A stretch of 63,660 bases of DNA, filler included, from Octopus bimaculoides (lineage: Eukaryota): NCBI RefSeq assembly GCF_001194135.2. It is 5 parts of 5 records of this genome, joined end to end, with 100 filler letters (N's around TTAATTAATTAA, not from the genome) between each part and the next. Parts side by side here need not be neighbours in the genome. Positions count along the whole stretch, not along the records: positions 44,407 to 60,996 come from NC_068982.1; positions 61,097 to 63,660 come from NW_026432958.1; 3 more parts are not named here. One strand, written 5' to 3'. Below are positions 50,382 through 63,660 of this stretch, piece by piece; positions within the stretch are counted from its first letter, which is position 1; every line of letters starts with the position of its first letter. The notes under the pieces were generated by a model. The model was given only the letters and a program-made list of their open reading frames with translations. It searched no databases and was not told where the DNA came from. The translations under genes and the position numbers were made by a program.

Positions 50382-51357
50382 TGTGTGTATGTGTGTTTAT
50401 AGACGTACATACATACTTAGATACATATATATATATATATATATATTTGTGAGAGTGAGTCTACGCGAATCTGATGTGCGTAAATGTGACTGTGTGTGAC
50501 GTATACACGCACATCTGTTCATACTTATAAAACTGTAGATTAAACCATTTGTTTCAATGGATCCGAAGATAGACGAACAAGATATCTTCACGATAATAAA
50601 AGTGAGATTTTAAAATGACGTCATTTCCAATAATCTGTTTCTCTTATGCTGCCGACACTAAAACGGTACACGATTTTACTATAAAACTGATGTCGATGTG
50701 ATGCAGGAAAGTATCCGAAATCTTTTTTTTTTTTTGGTGAAGCAAATCTTTCGTAATATACTGGATTTTCTTGTCAACCAAATCGTTCATTTGGAGACAA
50801 ATGTCTTGCGCTCAAAGACGTCACAACTAGTATATGTCTAATACAATGACAGAACAAATATAATTCGTATGACTAAAATTTACATGATTTTTTTTTGTTG
50901 CCATTCGACTTTTCTTTCTGAGATATGCTTTAAAACGAAAGCTAATGTAATATTCTAACACTGTCTTTATCACCATCTCTCCAAAAAGAAAAGTACAAAA
51001 ATAATAGTTTTAAGAACATTAGTGAGAAGATTATGTGGAGGCAAATGGCATAGTGGTTAGAATATTCGGTTCATGATCGTAAGGTTCTGAGTTCAATATC
51101 TGCTGGGGTTTTCTTGAGCAAGACACTTTATTTCAAGAATAAGTTGTGTCTGTAATTTACAAGCCCAGCCTTGTTACATTCTTTGTCATGCTTAATCATT
51201 TTGGAAACTATGTTAATTGCATGCGTGCTTATGGTGCGCTCAGCTATTTGCTGGTTAATTACACGAGCGGGGTTTTCGACGTCGTAATAGCCGACGTTGT
51301 GCCCTGTCGACCAGTGTGTAGATTTAATATTCACTATTTAATTTCGTATTCCATTAT

Positions 51358-51756
51358 AGGCGTAGGAGTGGCTGTGTGGTTAGTAGCTTGCTTACCAACC
51401 ACATGGTTCCGGGTTCAGTCCCACTGCGTGGCATCTTGGGTAAATGTCTTCAACTATAGCCACGGGTCGACCAAAGCCTTGTGAGTGGATTTGGTAGACG
51501 GAAACTGAAAGAAGCTCGTTGTATATATGTGTGTATGTGTGTGTGTGTGTGTGTGTCAGTCCCCCCCCCCACAACATCGCTTGACAACCGATGCTGTTGT
51601 GTTTACGTCCCCGTAACTTAGCGGTTCGGCAAAAGGGGCCGATAGAATAAGTACTAGGCTTACAAAGAATAAGTCCTAGGTTCGATTTTCTCAACTAAAT
51701 GCGGTGCTCCAGCATGGCTGCAGTCAAATGACTGAAATAAGTAAAAGAGTAAGAGT
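51358..51756 (+). mobile_element. SINE family A, full length
   Basis: tRNA-like head with A and B boxes, central (TG)n, tail GACTGAAATAAGTAAAAGAG. Confidence 0.88.
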
Positions 51757-51994
51757 ATACTTGAGTGTTTGTGAAAACTTAGCTGGGTGGGCATTGTAGC
51801 CAGAGAGAAATTGTATTTTAGGTTGCAGATACAAAGGTAATGCGATATGTATGTTTTGCAGTTTGCTTAGCAGATAAAAGCCTGAGAGTACTGGAAGCAT
51901 AAACATTTATGGCATATTAATCTGGTCAAATTGTTTATAATGTCTCTTAAAATTATAAAATAATATAAATGCGTCCTATTTAAAACCTAGCCAG

Positions 51995-52220
51995 GCTCAT
52001 GGGCTCTGTTTCCCAGTTTCTATGGCGTATGTGTTCCCCAGCTGGACGGGACGCCTGTCCATAGCAGCATTACTCATTTTTGCCAGCTGAGTGGACTGGA
52101 GCAACGTGAAATGAAGTGTTTTGCTCAAGAACACAACGCGTCACCCGGTCCAGGAATCGAAACCACAATCTTACGTTCATGATGCTGACATCCTGGCCAC
52201 TAAGACACGCGCCTCCACTC
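51995..52220 (-). mobile_element. SINE family D variant with a different tail
   Basis: Same head and central domain as family D, but the tail is ATGGACAGGCGTCCCGTCCAGCTGG... Confidence 0.7.
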
Positions 52221-52347
52221 TTAAAATTATATAGAAACGCAATGAAATACGTTTTACACATGCAGAACTTAAATGGTTGGTGTCATCTGTAAAGCATGAT
52301 CCGTTTGAAGCATTTTCTGTTTCAAATGTAAGAGAGTGTAATTTCAA

Positions 52348-52562
52348 GGCGGCGAACTGGTAGAAAATGTTAGCACGCCGGGAAAAATGTTTAGCGGCTT
52401 TCCGTCTGTCTTTACGTTCTGAGTTCGAATTCCGCCGAGTTTGATTTTGCCCTTCATCCTCACCGCGTCGATAAATTAAGTACCAGTTGCGTACTAGGGT
52501 CGATCTAATCGACTGGCCACCTCCCTCAAAATATCAGGCTTTGTGCCCTGAGTAGAAAAGGG
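52348..52562 (+). mobile_element. SINE family B, full length
   Basis: Head GGCGGCGAACTGG; tail of the same type as the 43-44 kb copies. Confidence 0.85.
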
Positions 52563-53075
52563 ACTGTAATTTTACCCTTCTTGTTATCACAGTGATTTTC
52601 AAATTTTGAGTTGTCATATTTAACTACAGACTATGATTGCAAAGTTAAATAATTGTACTAATAACTACTGATTATTCATTAGTACAGTCAGTGTACAAAT
52701 TTTATACCAAGTGTTGTAAATGTTATACTGTATTGTATGGCATTTGATATATCGTCACTTGATTCGTGTTGTCACTCTAATCACTTCATTTGGCTATCAG
52801 CATGTGAACGACAGACATTTTTTTTCATCAATCACTGGCCCCTCTATTGGTTCCTATCAAATGTCAACCGTTAAAACTTATTCACGTCTTCACTATTTTC
52901 AGACACCATAGAATTTGGTAGTGTTTCTAACGTTGCTATAAATGCAAAACACATTGACACGCTTAGAAATGGCTTTTTTTTTAATATTCGTAATAATTTT
53001 AATGAATATCTATCTGGATACAATTAGCAAAAACAGAATGATGCTACTGTGCGAAATGGCTGACATTATTTTATT

Positions 53076-53470
53076 CTTTCATTTGTTTCAGTCATTTGAC
53101 TGCGGCCATGCTGGAGCACCGCATTTAGTCGAACAAATCGACCCCAGGACTTATTCTTTATAAGACTAGTACTTGTTCTCTCGGACTCTTTTGCCGAACC
53201 ACAATGTTACGGGGACGTAAACATACCAACATCGGTTGTCACGCTTTGGTGGGGGACAAACACAGACACACAAACACACACACAAATATATATTTACATA
53301 TGTATAAATACGACGGGCTTTCAGTTTCCGTCTACCAAATCCACCCACAATGCTTTGGCGGGCCCGATGCTATAGTAGAAGACACTTGCCCAAGGTGCCA
53401 CGCAGTGGGACTGAACCTGGAACCATGTGGTTGGTGAGCAAGCTACTTACCACACAGCCACGCCAATGCC
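53076..53470 (-). mobile_element. SINE family A, full length
   Basis: The reverse complement matches the other full copies. Confidence 0.88.
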
Positions 53471-53874
53471 TGGAAATTTCTAATTAAGAAATTAAGCACA
53501 AATTTGGGCTGTCATGATGAACTAACAAAATATCTTGTTTATGGATTCGATGTTCGCTCCATATTGACAAATAAATCATTGCCTTATATGTAGAAGAATA
53601 CATAAAGATAATCTGAAGACCATGTGGGGAAATATTAAATTTTAGGTTTCATTCTTATGTTTCGTAGAGATGTTGCTGAATGCCAGGAGCCAAAACTAAT
53701 AGTTTAAAAACGAGCTGTAAGAACAGGACATGTCGTTCTCTGTAAATAAGGAGAAGCTGGCGCAGTGATATCATAAAACCTTAAAAATGAAAATAGACAT
53801 AAACTACATCAAACAGCTTCGTATGACGTAATCAAAATCTATGAAATTATATATACACCCGTGTATGTTGGTAT

Positions 53875-54350
53875 AGTGGAGGCGCAATGCCCCAGGTGTT
53901 AGGGTAGCTGAGTCGCGGTTTCGATTCCCAAACCGGGTCTTGTGAGTGTTTATTGAGCGAAAACACCTAAAGCCCAACGAGGCTCCGGCAGGGGGTGGGA
54001 ATGAATCTTGCTCTACTCTTTCACCACGACTTTCTCTCACTCTTTCTTCCTGTTTCTGTTGTACCTGTATTTCAAAGGCCAGTCTTGTCCCACTTTGTGT
54101 GTGTGTGAATGTGTTTGTGTGTGTGTGTGTGTGTGAATGTGTTTGTGTGTGTGTGTGTGTGTGTGTGACTGATGTGTTGGTTAGCCTTGTCACACTCTGG
54201 GTCACGCTGAATCTCCCCGAGGGCTACGTTAAGAGTACACGAATCTGTGGAGTGCTCAGCCACTTCAACGTTAACTTCACGAACAGGCTGTTCCGTTTAT
54301 CGAATCAACTGGAGCCCACATCGTCGCAACCGACGGGATCCCACGATGTT
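53875..54350 (+). mobile_element. SINE family E with an internal (GT)n expansion
   Basis: Collinear with 44407-44735, with the head intact (TTTCGATTCCC B box). Confidence 0.75.
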
Positions 54351-56154
54351 TACACATCTGTGCATGCGTGTCTTTATATTTGTGTGTGTGTTTGTGTGTG
54401 CGTGTGTTTGTGCTTGTGTGTATTTGTGTGCGCGTGTGTGTGCCCGTGTGCTTGTTTGTGTGTGTTTGTGTGTGCGTGTGTGTGTTTATTTGTGTGTGAG
54501 TGTGTGTTTGTGTGCGTATTTGCGCGCGCGTGTGTGCGCGTGTGTGTGATTGTGCGTGGGTTTGTGTGTCTTTGTGTGTGCGTGTGTGTTCGTATGTGTG
54601 TGTGTTTGTNNNNNNNNNNGCGCGCGCGTGTGTGCGCGTGTGTGTGATTGTGCGTGGGTTTGTGTGTCTTTGTGTGTGCGTGTGTGTTCGTATGTGTGTG
54701 TGTTTGTGTGTGCGTGTGTGTGTTTTTGTGTGTGAGTCTCTGTGTGTGTGTGTGTGTGTGTGTGTGAATGTGTTTGTGTGTGCGTGCGCTGGTGTATGTG
54801 TTTGACTGATGTGTTTGGTAAGTTATCACTTCGCTAACAAATATGGAACACTTTCCTTGAAGTTACGTGTTAAATATTTTCCTCCTTTTTTTTTTAAAAC
54901 TGTTATAAATGATGCCTTTTCACTCTCCTATTAAAAAACAAAAAACAAAATGAAGATAAGAGAAAAAGGAAATTAACTTCCACATTTTCAATTTGCTTAA
55001 CTTCACGCAACAAATTGCTAATTACTTAGCCTAGTCGTTAACTTACTTTAATTTCATCAAATTATTAATATTTTGTTTTCGTTTTAGCTCTAAAAGCTAA
55101 ATGTCTACATTTACATAAAATCTTCTCATAAAGAAAAATTACGTTGTATCCTAGTATGAAACACCTACCCTTTTCACGCACGCGCTCATACACGCACACA
55201 AACTCTGTGTTTCACTATTACGCAACAGCCATCATCGTCATCATTACTTTCAACATCACCAGCGTCACCGCCATGACCATGACCGTGGTCATCATCATCA
55301 TCATAACCATTATCATCAACATAATCATCATCGTCATCATCATCATCATCATCATCGCCAACGTCGTCGTCATCGTCATCATCATCGCCGATGTGGTCGT
55401 CATCATCGTCATCAGATTCTATTAAGAGTTACCAATGCATTCATTGCTCTTATATTATTAATGTTTAGCTATAGACATCAAGGGAATTAATTTTATAGAT
55501 AATACAAAAAAAAAAAATAATAATAAATAATACTACTAATAAGGAGAAATAATTTATTTTATGAAAAAAATATGGAGAACATATTTCTTTCTTTTAGTTC
55601 TTCCATACATCACCGTGTCTTAAAAATGACGTTAAATACTTTGTCTCTGCTTTTTTTGACACAACTGGGAAAATAGTTACGTTCTTATTTATCCTGAATG
55701 TCCACATCAGCCATTATAGTTATATCTGTTACACTTTATTATGTTTTCAATGAATTTTTTTCATCCGGGGATTATATTTATTTTAAGCTCGTTATCTCAT
55801 GAAAAAAAAAAAAAGAAAAAACGATTAATATTCTGGGAGTCTTTCAATATTAGTTTCAACTACTCTCAAGCCATATAAACAATATTAGATTTCTATTTGT
55901 ATTTCCATGTCTGACGGATGATATGTATGTGGGGGTGTGTGCGTGTGTGTTTGGGAATGTTTTCTTTTATGTAATGGCGTATATTTGTGAATAATGGCGA
56001 GTGTACTTAAGGATGTACATTCGTGATAATACGTAACTGTTCCATTACGGATTATGTACCGTTTTTATTTTCTATTTATTCAATATATGCTTGTTAGCGT
56101 ATTGCAACGATTTTAATATATGTACATATACAGTTCTGTGTATTTCTCTATGCG

Positions 56155-56222
<68 letters not shown>

Positions 56223-58807
56223 TAGATGTCTCCAATATTAGTCTTGTTTATTGAGCTGTCTGTTTATGAAAATATTTAAACATGTGCTCTATTCTTAAGA
56301 TTATATAATTTGAATGTTTTGTTTCTCTTGATGATAATTTCTGTATATCTATGTGTCTTGCTTCAGCATCTCTATTATGGCGCTGTTCTCTGTATATTTG
56401 TGTATATATTTTCCTCAGCGTGTACAGATGTGTGTGTGTGCGTCTATCTTCATTTAGGAGTTTGCGTATTGTCCTTTCTATGTAATAATTATTCTTCTTT
56501 ATACAGTTTTTATGTACATATCTAATCCCAGGAGTGTTTCCTTTTCTAAGAGCTCGTGTTTCTTAGTTTCTCAAGTAAATTAAAGTACGTCTTTATTAAT
56601 ATAAATATTAAGAGACAGGGAGACAGGGATAAAAGAGAAAACGACAGAGAGAGAGAGAGAGAGAGGAAGATAGTGTTATAAACTCCATGTCTAAGAAAAG
56701 GTTTATCATGATGCAAAACTAAAAAAGAAAAAGCGAAAACAATAATAAATCTAGGAGTATTCATCTAAACAACACTATTGCATTAGCTGAGAGTGTAATA
56801 AAATAACATTTTCTAGAATATAAGAGAAATAACAACGTTTTCCGATGAAGCACAAATATGGAGAAAGACATTAATGGCCTTCACAAAAGGCTTTACTTGA
56901 CTTCGTTTGAATAGTCGCGTATGCAACCTTTTCAGGACTATGTTATCGCCTATTGATTCTACTGGAGTTACATCACAGCCACTTATGTTATCGTGACGTA
57001 AGATAGAAACAGAAAGTGGGACAGGGAGAGGATGAGAGAAAGTGAGAAAGCGAAAGAGAGAAAAGAACGAGAGTGTATGTGTGTGCGTGAATTACTGAAC
57101 ACAATGCCTTTTGACGCTCAGTTACATACACTATCGAAAAGACATTCTCCAGAATCAAGACATTATGTAAGGCAATTAAGGAAATACATCGCAGCCAGTT
57201 AAAAGAACTTCAACAAAACCCGTGTTGTTGTTGTTGCTATTGTTAGGTAGGCTTATAAGAACTCTGATAAAGCAGATCTAAGGTAAATGACATAGAATAG
57301 CTGTTCTCACCTTGTCGCATTTTTATAAGTATCCAGGGTTACATCTTCTAAAGTTTTTTTTCAAAACTGATCGAGATAGTACAGTGTTAAGAAAGATTGA
57401 TTGCTTAAGGAAGTTTGACTGCTATTTCCAGCAGGTCGAGCAATCACCTGGCTGGTAACTGGTTGTTGTGTTTTAACCCCAATTATTTAGTCGACTTCCC
57501 AAAGCGAAATATTAAGCATTTAAAAAATACACAGAGCTCATAACACTTCAGACACACTGAAAAGTAAATTTTCCCACTAAGGGCAGGAGACATGAGCTCC
57601 AATGAAGAAGATCGTTTTACCACCTCAAAATAGCTGCCACAAATCTAACAAAATCGCATCTGTTGTTATAAAAATGGAAATACACGTTAGATAATATATG
57701 CACCATGCGAAAAGGGGTGATAGTGAGTTTGGGACACCTCTGATATACAAAACAAATAAAACAACGAAAACCAGATTGAGTCCATAACAAAAGAAAAATG
57801 TTTAAGTCAGAAACGATGAAAACCTGAGGCGATCATAGCATTCAAAAATGCATTATGGACGTAATGTAATGAAATTAAAAGAAGGATGGAAATGGAGTAA
57901 CTATACTGACTTAAAGAACATGTTTCGTTTTATTTTTCTATGTGGCAAAAGTAATGAAGCAGTTGATCGAAATATGATAAACATTTTTGCAGCAGAAATG
58001 TTCTTTATGTTGCCAATATTTGTGTTGAAAATCTGAGAGAATCTGTTCGCAAATATTTATCACGGAGGGGTGTCTTTTGCAATAAGTCAGACTAGCTGTG
58101 TTTATACTTGTCCAGTAATTTCCTTGATTTATATGCAATTTTCAACAGAGTTAGGGAGTCTGATAACTATTTCAACGAACAATTTATGAGGTTACTTAGC
58201 GGTGTTGCTGTAACGTTGGACACAATTCCTCACGGCATTTTTTCTCACACTGCACTTTAAGCTCAAATGCCGCGTAGGTTAACTTTGCATTTGAACATTA
58301 TAAAGTAAACAAAAATACAAAAGCAAAAGGTTGATTGGAGGAAGTGTTGCAGATTCGTGCAGGGTACATTGCAGTATTTGATTGAGCTTTGGGTTCTGAC
58401 TGCAATGGCTGTGACGAAATGACGGCAGCCGTTCTCATAGAAATGTTTCGGTTGTGGAGGAGACTTGCATTCATGAACACCTAGCAGACATCTTCAAAGA
58501 AATTTTGACTAGGCCTACACATGCATATGTGGATATATGGACGAAAGCCTTGGTGTACATTTACAAGTTTACACAATGGTTCATTACTATAAAAAGATTA
58601 GAACAAATTAACTGAGTTCTCGTTCTAATGGTATAACAGACTTCCATTGTAAATTTTGCTGGTGTTTATAGTTGATGGATCATACAAACGATCAAAGCAA
58701 GACAATACTACAATCGTTTCCAGAACGTTTGTTCTTTCAATGATGTAAAGCGACTACATAGCAGCTCATTCAATGATGTGTATTCAACTTTTTTCTGTAA
58801 TTCGAGA

Positions 58808-59095
58808 AGGCTTAGCGGTTAGAGATATACGATTCAGAATCGTAAAGTCATAGGCTCGACACACGGCTGCACGTTGTGTCTTAAAGCGAGACACTTAATT
58901 TCATGTTGCCCCAGTCCATTCAGCTGGCGAAAATGAGTTGTACCTATAATACAAAGGGTCAGCCTGGTCCTGTTCTGTGTCACGCTGAATTACTCCGAGA
59001 ACTATGTAAATGGTACGCGTTTCTTTCGCGAGCAGGCTGTTTCGTTGATGGGATTAGCTGAAACCCTCGTCGGCATAAGTGACAGAGTGCAAGAT
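58808..59095 (+). mobile_element. SINE family D, diverged
   Basis: GACACTTAATTTCATGTTGCCCCAGTCCATTCAGCTGGCGAAAATGAGT, then the shared tail. Confidence 0.7.
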
Positions 59096-59757
59096 GCAAC
59101 AATACTGAAACAACTAGGTGTTATCGAGTATGTTCCATGGTTTATCACAGCAATACGAGAGATATTACTCACAAGGCTGTGGCATACATAACGAATAAAA
59201 GTAGACACACATTTAGAGTAGATGTGAACAACAACTCTGCTACACAACATTTAACACCGACATACACACAGGTCACGTTAATAACCCTGACATTCACCTA
59301 TTTAGCTCGGTGATTTATTATTAAAGCCTTCAAAGCAATGAACGGATAAGAACGAAAAATGTTTTCTCATAAATGAAGCTAGACATCAAACCGGGATGAC
59401 ATCAAAACAGTTAGGAAAACAAATAGAAATCGTTTTTGGACAACTCAGCCTTAATTTACTTTGTTGCTTTTTCTAATCATTATTACAATTAGTTGAGTTA
59501 TGACATTATGACAAATGAGATACACAAATATTGGCTAAATATCATAGACGTCTCCAAAAGGACAGTTCATCTGCGTTATTCCCAGAGCAGTACAACGCAT
59601 ACACACTTCTACCATATGCATATGTACGTTTGAATGTCTGTGGTTCTGTGTGTGTGCGTGCGTCTGACTGTGCATATGTACAAACACGTGTGTGTGTGTG
59701 TGTGTGTGTGTGTCCGTGTGTCCGTGTGTCTATACAAGTTACACAGTAATATAATCC

Positions 59758-59979
59758 TATATATATATGTGTGTGTGTATATGTATATATATATATGTAT
59801 ATATATATATGTATATATATATGTATATATATATGTATATATATATGTATATATATATGTATATATATATGTATATATATATGTATATATATATGTATAT
59901 ATATATGTATATATATATATGTATATATATATATGTATATGTATATATATATATGTATATATATGTATATATATATATG

Positions 59980-60011
<32 letters not shown>

Positions 60012-60021
60012 TATGTGTATA

Positions 60022-60060
<39 letters not shown>
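59758..60060. repeat. (TA)n interrupted about every 10 nt by G, giving an ATATATATGT-type minisatellite
   Basis: Seen directly. Confidence 0.9.
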
Positions 60061-60065
<5 letters not shown>

Positions 60066-61479
60066 TAGCTATCCACACACACACACGTGCACACGCATGC
60101 GGACACATGTATGTGGCTGCACTGGTACGCTTGAAAACATATGTATATCCCCCGTTGACTGAATGAAATTGGTCGTAAATAACAAGATCGTCTAATTGTT
60201 CAGACTCTTTCCTTTATTAGCGGCCGTCAGTATAGTTCCTGGGAAAATAGTTCCACTAGAAATTTGCTGTCTTGTTTTTTGTTCAAATAATTTGGAATTA
60301 GGGAACTTTAACTTGGAGCTATGCTGTTATTTGCATCAGTAACCTTTGACACAGATACTTAAAGCTTAAAAACCCTGGCAATGGGCACCATGGTTCCGCA
60401 AGCAGTGGTCTGAGAGACAGGAGCCACTGAATAGAAGCTTCACATACTGACACGTTGAGAATTTTAGCGTAGATGAGCTTAAAACGACAATAATACATTC
60501 AGAGATATTTGCAGCATTTCTAACTACAAAATGTGATGCATCCAGATCCGCCGGTTCACTCGCGATCACAGATATACACATAGAAAAAAAAAAACATACA
60601 TACCACGCACTCATATCTGCTTCTCTGTATGTATGTATGTGTGTATGTATGTATGTATGCATAAATGTATATATGTGTGTGCGTGTGTCTGTCAGCATGT
60701 ATGTTTGTATCTGAATATGTGTACATGTATATATGTTTATCTATTCATCTCTCTTTATCCGTCTCTGTATCTATCTGTCTGTTTGTCTGTATATCTATTT
60801 ATCTATCTCCTCTTGTTTTACAATTATATATATACAACACACCTATGTAAATGGATAATAGATATGTGCTATATATATGTATATATATATATATAGCACG
60901 TATCTATATATACCTGCACACAACCATATATATTGATTACTATCTATATATACATATATGCATATACATATATGCATATACATATATATATATATANNNN
61001 NNNNNNNNNNNNNNNNNNNNNNNNNNNNNNNNNNNNNNNNTTAATTAATTAANNNNNNNNNNNNNNNNNNNNNNNNNNNNNNNNNNNNNNNNNNNNGTGC
61101 AACAGAATGACCTCATTGTCCGGGTTCACTAACATTAAGAACCGGTCAAGTACTTTTATCGACTTACACCTTCCACTCAAAATTACTGGCTTTGTGTTTA
61201 AATCAGCAGCAGCAGCAGCTGCTGCAGCAACAACAACAACAACAACAACAACATCGTACCTTGCCCCAGTTCGCGTTTAGCCAGACTGGAGCATTTACTT
61301 TTCCGCTTCCTGTGAAAAAAAAAAGGCTTTCCCGCCGGTCAGGCCATCTCCAGCGCCCTCTGGGAAGTGGGCTTGGCATGCTATGGCAGCTGACGTGCAG
61401 ACCCACTCTGTAGCTATACTACCTACAGATTTTTCTGGGTAGTGAGCAGGTGTAATCTCCGTTTGTAATTTAAAAAATG

Positions 61480-62066
61480 TGATGGGTCGTTGCTTGATCT
61501 ACATCAGCATTTCGAACACCGCTCCTCAGTTTGTTTCTACCTGTTCTTTTTTGCAGTCTGTTTGATCCGTTTTGCTTGTTTGTTTCAGGTTCTTCATCTA
61601 ATCCAGGGTTAATGCCAAGTTCCCTTGTGAATTTGCAAGCTCCCTTGACAATAGAATGTGATCTTTTACTGCTTTCGTGTTAGCACACAAGCCACAGCAT
61701 CCAGTCCTCTGTACTATATAAGTACCTCTTCATTGCTATTGTGGAGGTCTTATAGCACAGTTCTACCTGCATCATTCTTCTTCCCCCCATTACTTCTCGG
61801 TAGGTACAGACGATCAACGTCTGGTTTTGGGTGGTGCATGTTCTTAGATGTTAGTAGTTTTCTTCTCTTCCTGTCCAGGCGTTGGAGCTCTGTAAGATTC
61901 CAGTTAATGATGCTAAAACTGTATTGGACTACTGGAAGTGCCAGGGTGTTAATGGATGCGATTTTGGAAGTTGAGTTCGGTTTTTAGTATGAGTCTTATT
62001 CTCCTGTAATACTCCTTTCTTATTTTTTTTCCTTCATAGTAGCTTGTTGTATACCATCTCCTTCGT
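61480..62066 (-). mobile_element. Second copy (internal fragment) of the R4/Dong-like family at 4490-6530
   Basis: The reverse complement matches about 5125-5735 (for example GAAGGAGATGGTATACAACAAGCTACTATGAAGG), with internal deletions. Confidence 0.85.
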
Positions 62067-62202
62067 TTTTGTTGTTTTTGTTTTCGTTATTTTTTGTTGA
62101 AAGGAAATATAAGTCTAGAACACGCCAATTCGTAAAGAAGAGGTCTTTAGTACAGGAAGTTATGCAGAACGAGAACAACGAAGATATCGACGACGATAAT
62201 GT

Positions 62203-62203
<1 letters not shown>

Positions 62204-62240
<37 letters not shown>

Positions 62241-62312
62241 GTGATGGTGATGATGGTGATGGTGATGATGATGATGATGGTGATGGTGATGATGGTGATG
62301 ATGATGATGGTG

Positions 62313-62368
<56 letters not shown>

Positions 62369-62901
62369 NNNNNNNNNNNNNNNNNNNNNNNNNNNNNNNN
62401 NNNNNNNNNNNNNNNNNNNNNNNNNNNNNNNNNNNNNNNNNNNNNNNNNNNNNNNNNNNNNNNNNNNNNNNNNNNNNNNNNNNNNNNNNNNNNNNNNNNN
62501 NNNNNNNNNNNNNNNNNNNNNNNNNNNNNNNNNNNNNNNNNNNNNNNNNNNNNNNNNNNNNNNNNNNNNNNNNNNNNNNNNNNNNNNNNNNNNNNNNNNN
62601 NNNNNNNNNNNNNNNNNNNNNNNNNNNNNNNNNNNNNNNNNNNNNNNNNNNNNNNNNNNNNNNNNNNNNNNNNNNNNNNNNNNNNNNNNNNNNNNNNNNN
62701 NNNNNNNNNNNNNNNNNNNNNNNNNNNNNNNNNNNNNNNNNNNNNNNNNNNNNNNNNNNNNNNNNNNNNNNNNNNNNNNNNNNNNNNNNNNNNNNNNNNN
62801 NNNNNNNNNNNNNNNNNNNNNNNNNNNNNNNNNNNNNNNNNNNNNNNNNNNNNNNGGTGATGATGATGATGGTGATGATGGTGATGATGGTGATGGTGAT
62901 G

Positions 62902-62952
<51 letters not shown>

Positions 62953-62994
62953 GTGATGATGGTGATGGTGATGATGGTGATGATGATGATGGTG

Positions 62995-63050
<56 letters not shown>
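62204..63050. repeat. (GAT/GGT)n compound trinucleotide repeat spanning a gap
   Basis: Seen directly on both sides of the N run. Confidence 0.95.
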
Positions 63051-63660
63051 ATTGTGATGACAGTGGGCGGAGGGGGACCGAATTTGTGAGAAAAGGAGAC
63101 GAGTGTCAAGAGACATGAATAGTTTACAATATCTACAAGAACGACAACAAAGACAACAACAACAACAACAACAACAACAGTGTCATTGAGATGAGACGTC
63201 TATCAAGAGGCGACGGCTGAACCCGGGGTCAGAAGAAAACAATGGAACATTCCACAGCAGAAGATCAGTCGGGTCCGTCAGTCTGTGAAAACAGTGACGT
63301 AGAATCTGTGACTTAGTGAGGGTCGTATGACATGTCATAGAGTAAAGATGTTGAATGGAGGCGGCGACGGTACTGGCTGTAGTGGTGAGGGGGTGAGAGA
63401 TAGATTGTTATATAACCCGAGTTGTGTAAGGGGTAGTGTTGCGTGCATACATAGGTATGTGTCTGTATCTGTGTGTTTGTAAGTATATGTGTGTGTGTAC
63501 GTATACATATATATATATATATACGTGCATACACACACAGAAGCACATTCATATCCCAGTTACTAATGCACACAAGAACCTTTAAAAAAATCTATATTAA
63601 TACCCCATCGTTATTCTACGCACATATACCAATATATATATACATATATATATATATATA

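Noticed and set aside
57780-58320. BACK-domain-like words on the minus strand (SVENCI, FSQIF, IFECYDRLRF)
   Set aside because: That frame has about nine stops and is the exact antisense of a more open + frame, so the resemblance is probably coincidental.
61203-61260. (CAG)n(CAA)n poly-Gln ORF
   Set aside because: It follows a degenerate SINE-like tail and has no splice signals or homology; treated as a microsatellite.

Overview
AT-rich, microsatellite-dense eukaryotic genomic DNA from a gapped draft assembly. The SINE families and repeat density suggest a coleoid cephalopod (Octopus-like); this is inference from recalled repeat types, not a database result. Four 100-nt gaps carrying a TTAATTAATTAA spacer split the window into five contigs, so contiguity across them is not guaranteed. 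Host coding content is small. (1) The last five exons of a + strand single-pass membrane protein (776-18368) resemble the membrane-proximal, transmembrane and tail regions of a non-classical cadherin (CDH23/PCDH15/CDHR/Cad99C-like). All its introns are phase 2 and it ends in a class-I PDZ-binding motif (STDI). (2) One clean Kelch-repeat exon lies on the - strand (48976-49207). (3) A probable decayed BTB-Kelch relic lies at about 21.7-23.55 kb. The rest is mostly transposon debris: R4/Dong-like RLE LINEs stacked in TAA repeats, RTE and CR1-group LINE fragments, two Penelope-like relics, maT (DD37D), Tc1, Chapaev3-like and Merlin transposase relics, hAT and Merlin MITEs with clean TSDs, and at least five SINE families. 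The most unusual signals are several degenerate hammerhead-ribozyme-like motifs, including one in a TSD-flanked tRNA-headed element; a Merlin MITE carrying telomere-like repeats; a 66-bp structure-preserving repeat in an RTE 3' UTR; and multimeric SINE insertions. No prokaryotic genes, CRISPR arrays, rRNA genes or intact tRNA genes were seen. All translations and alignments were done by eye.
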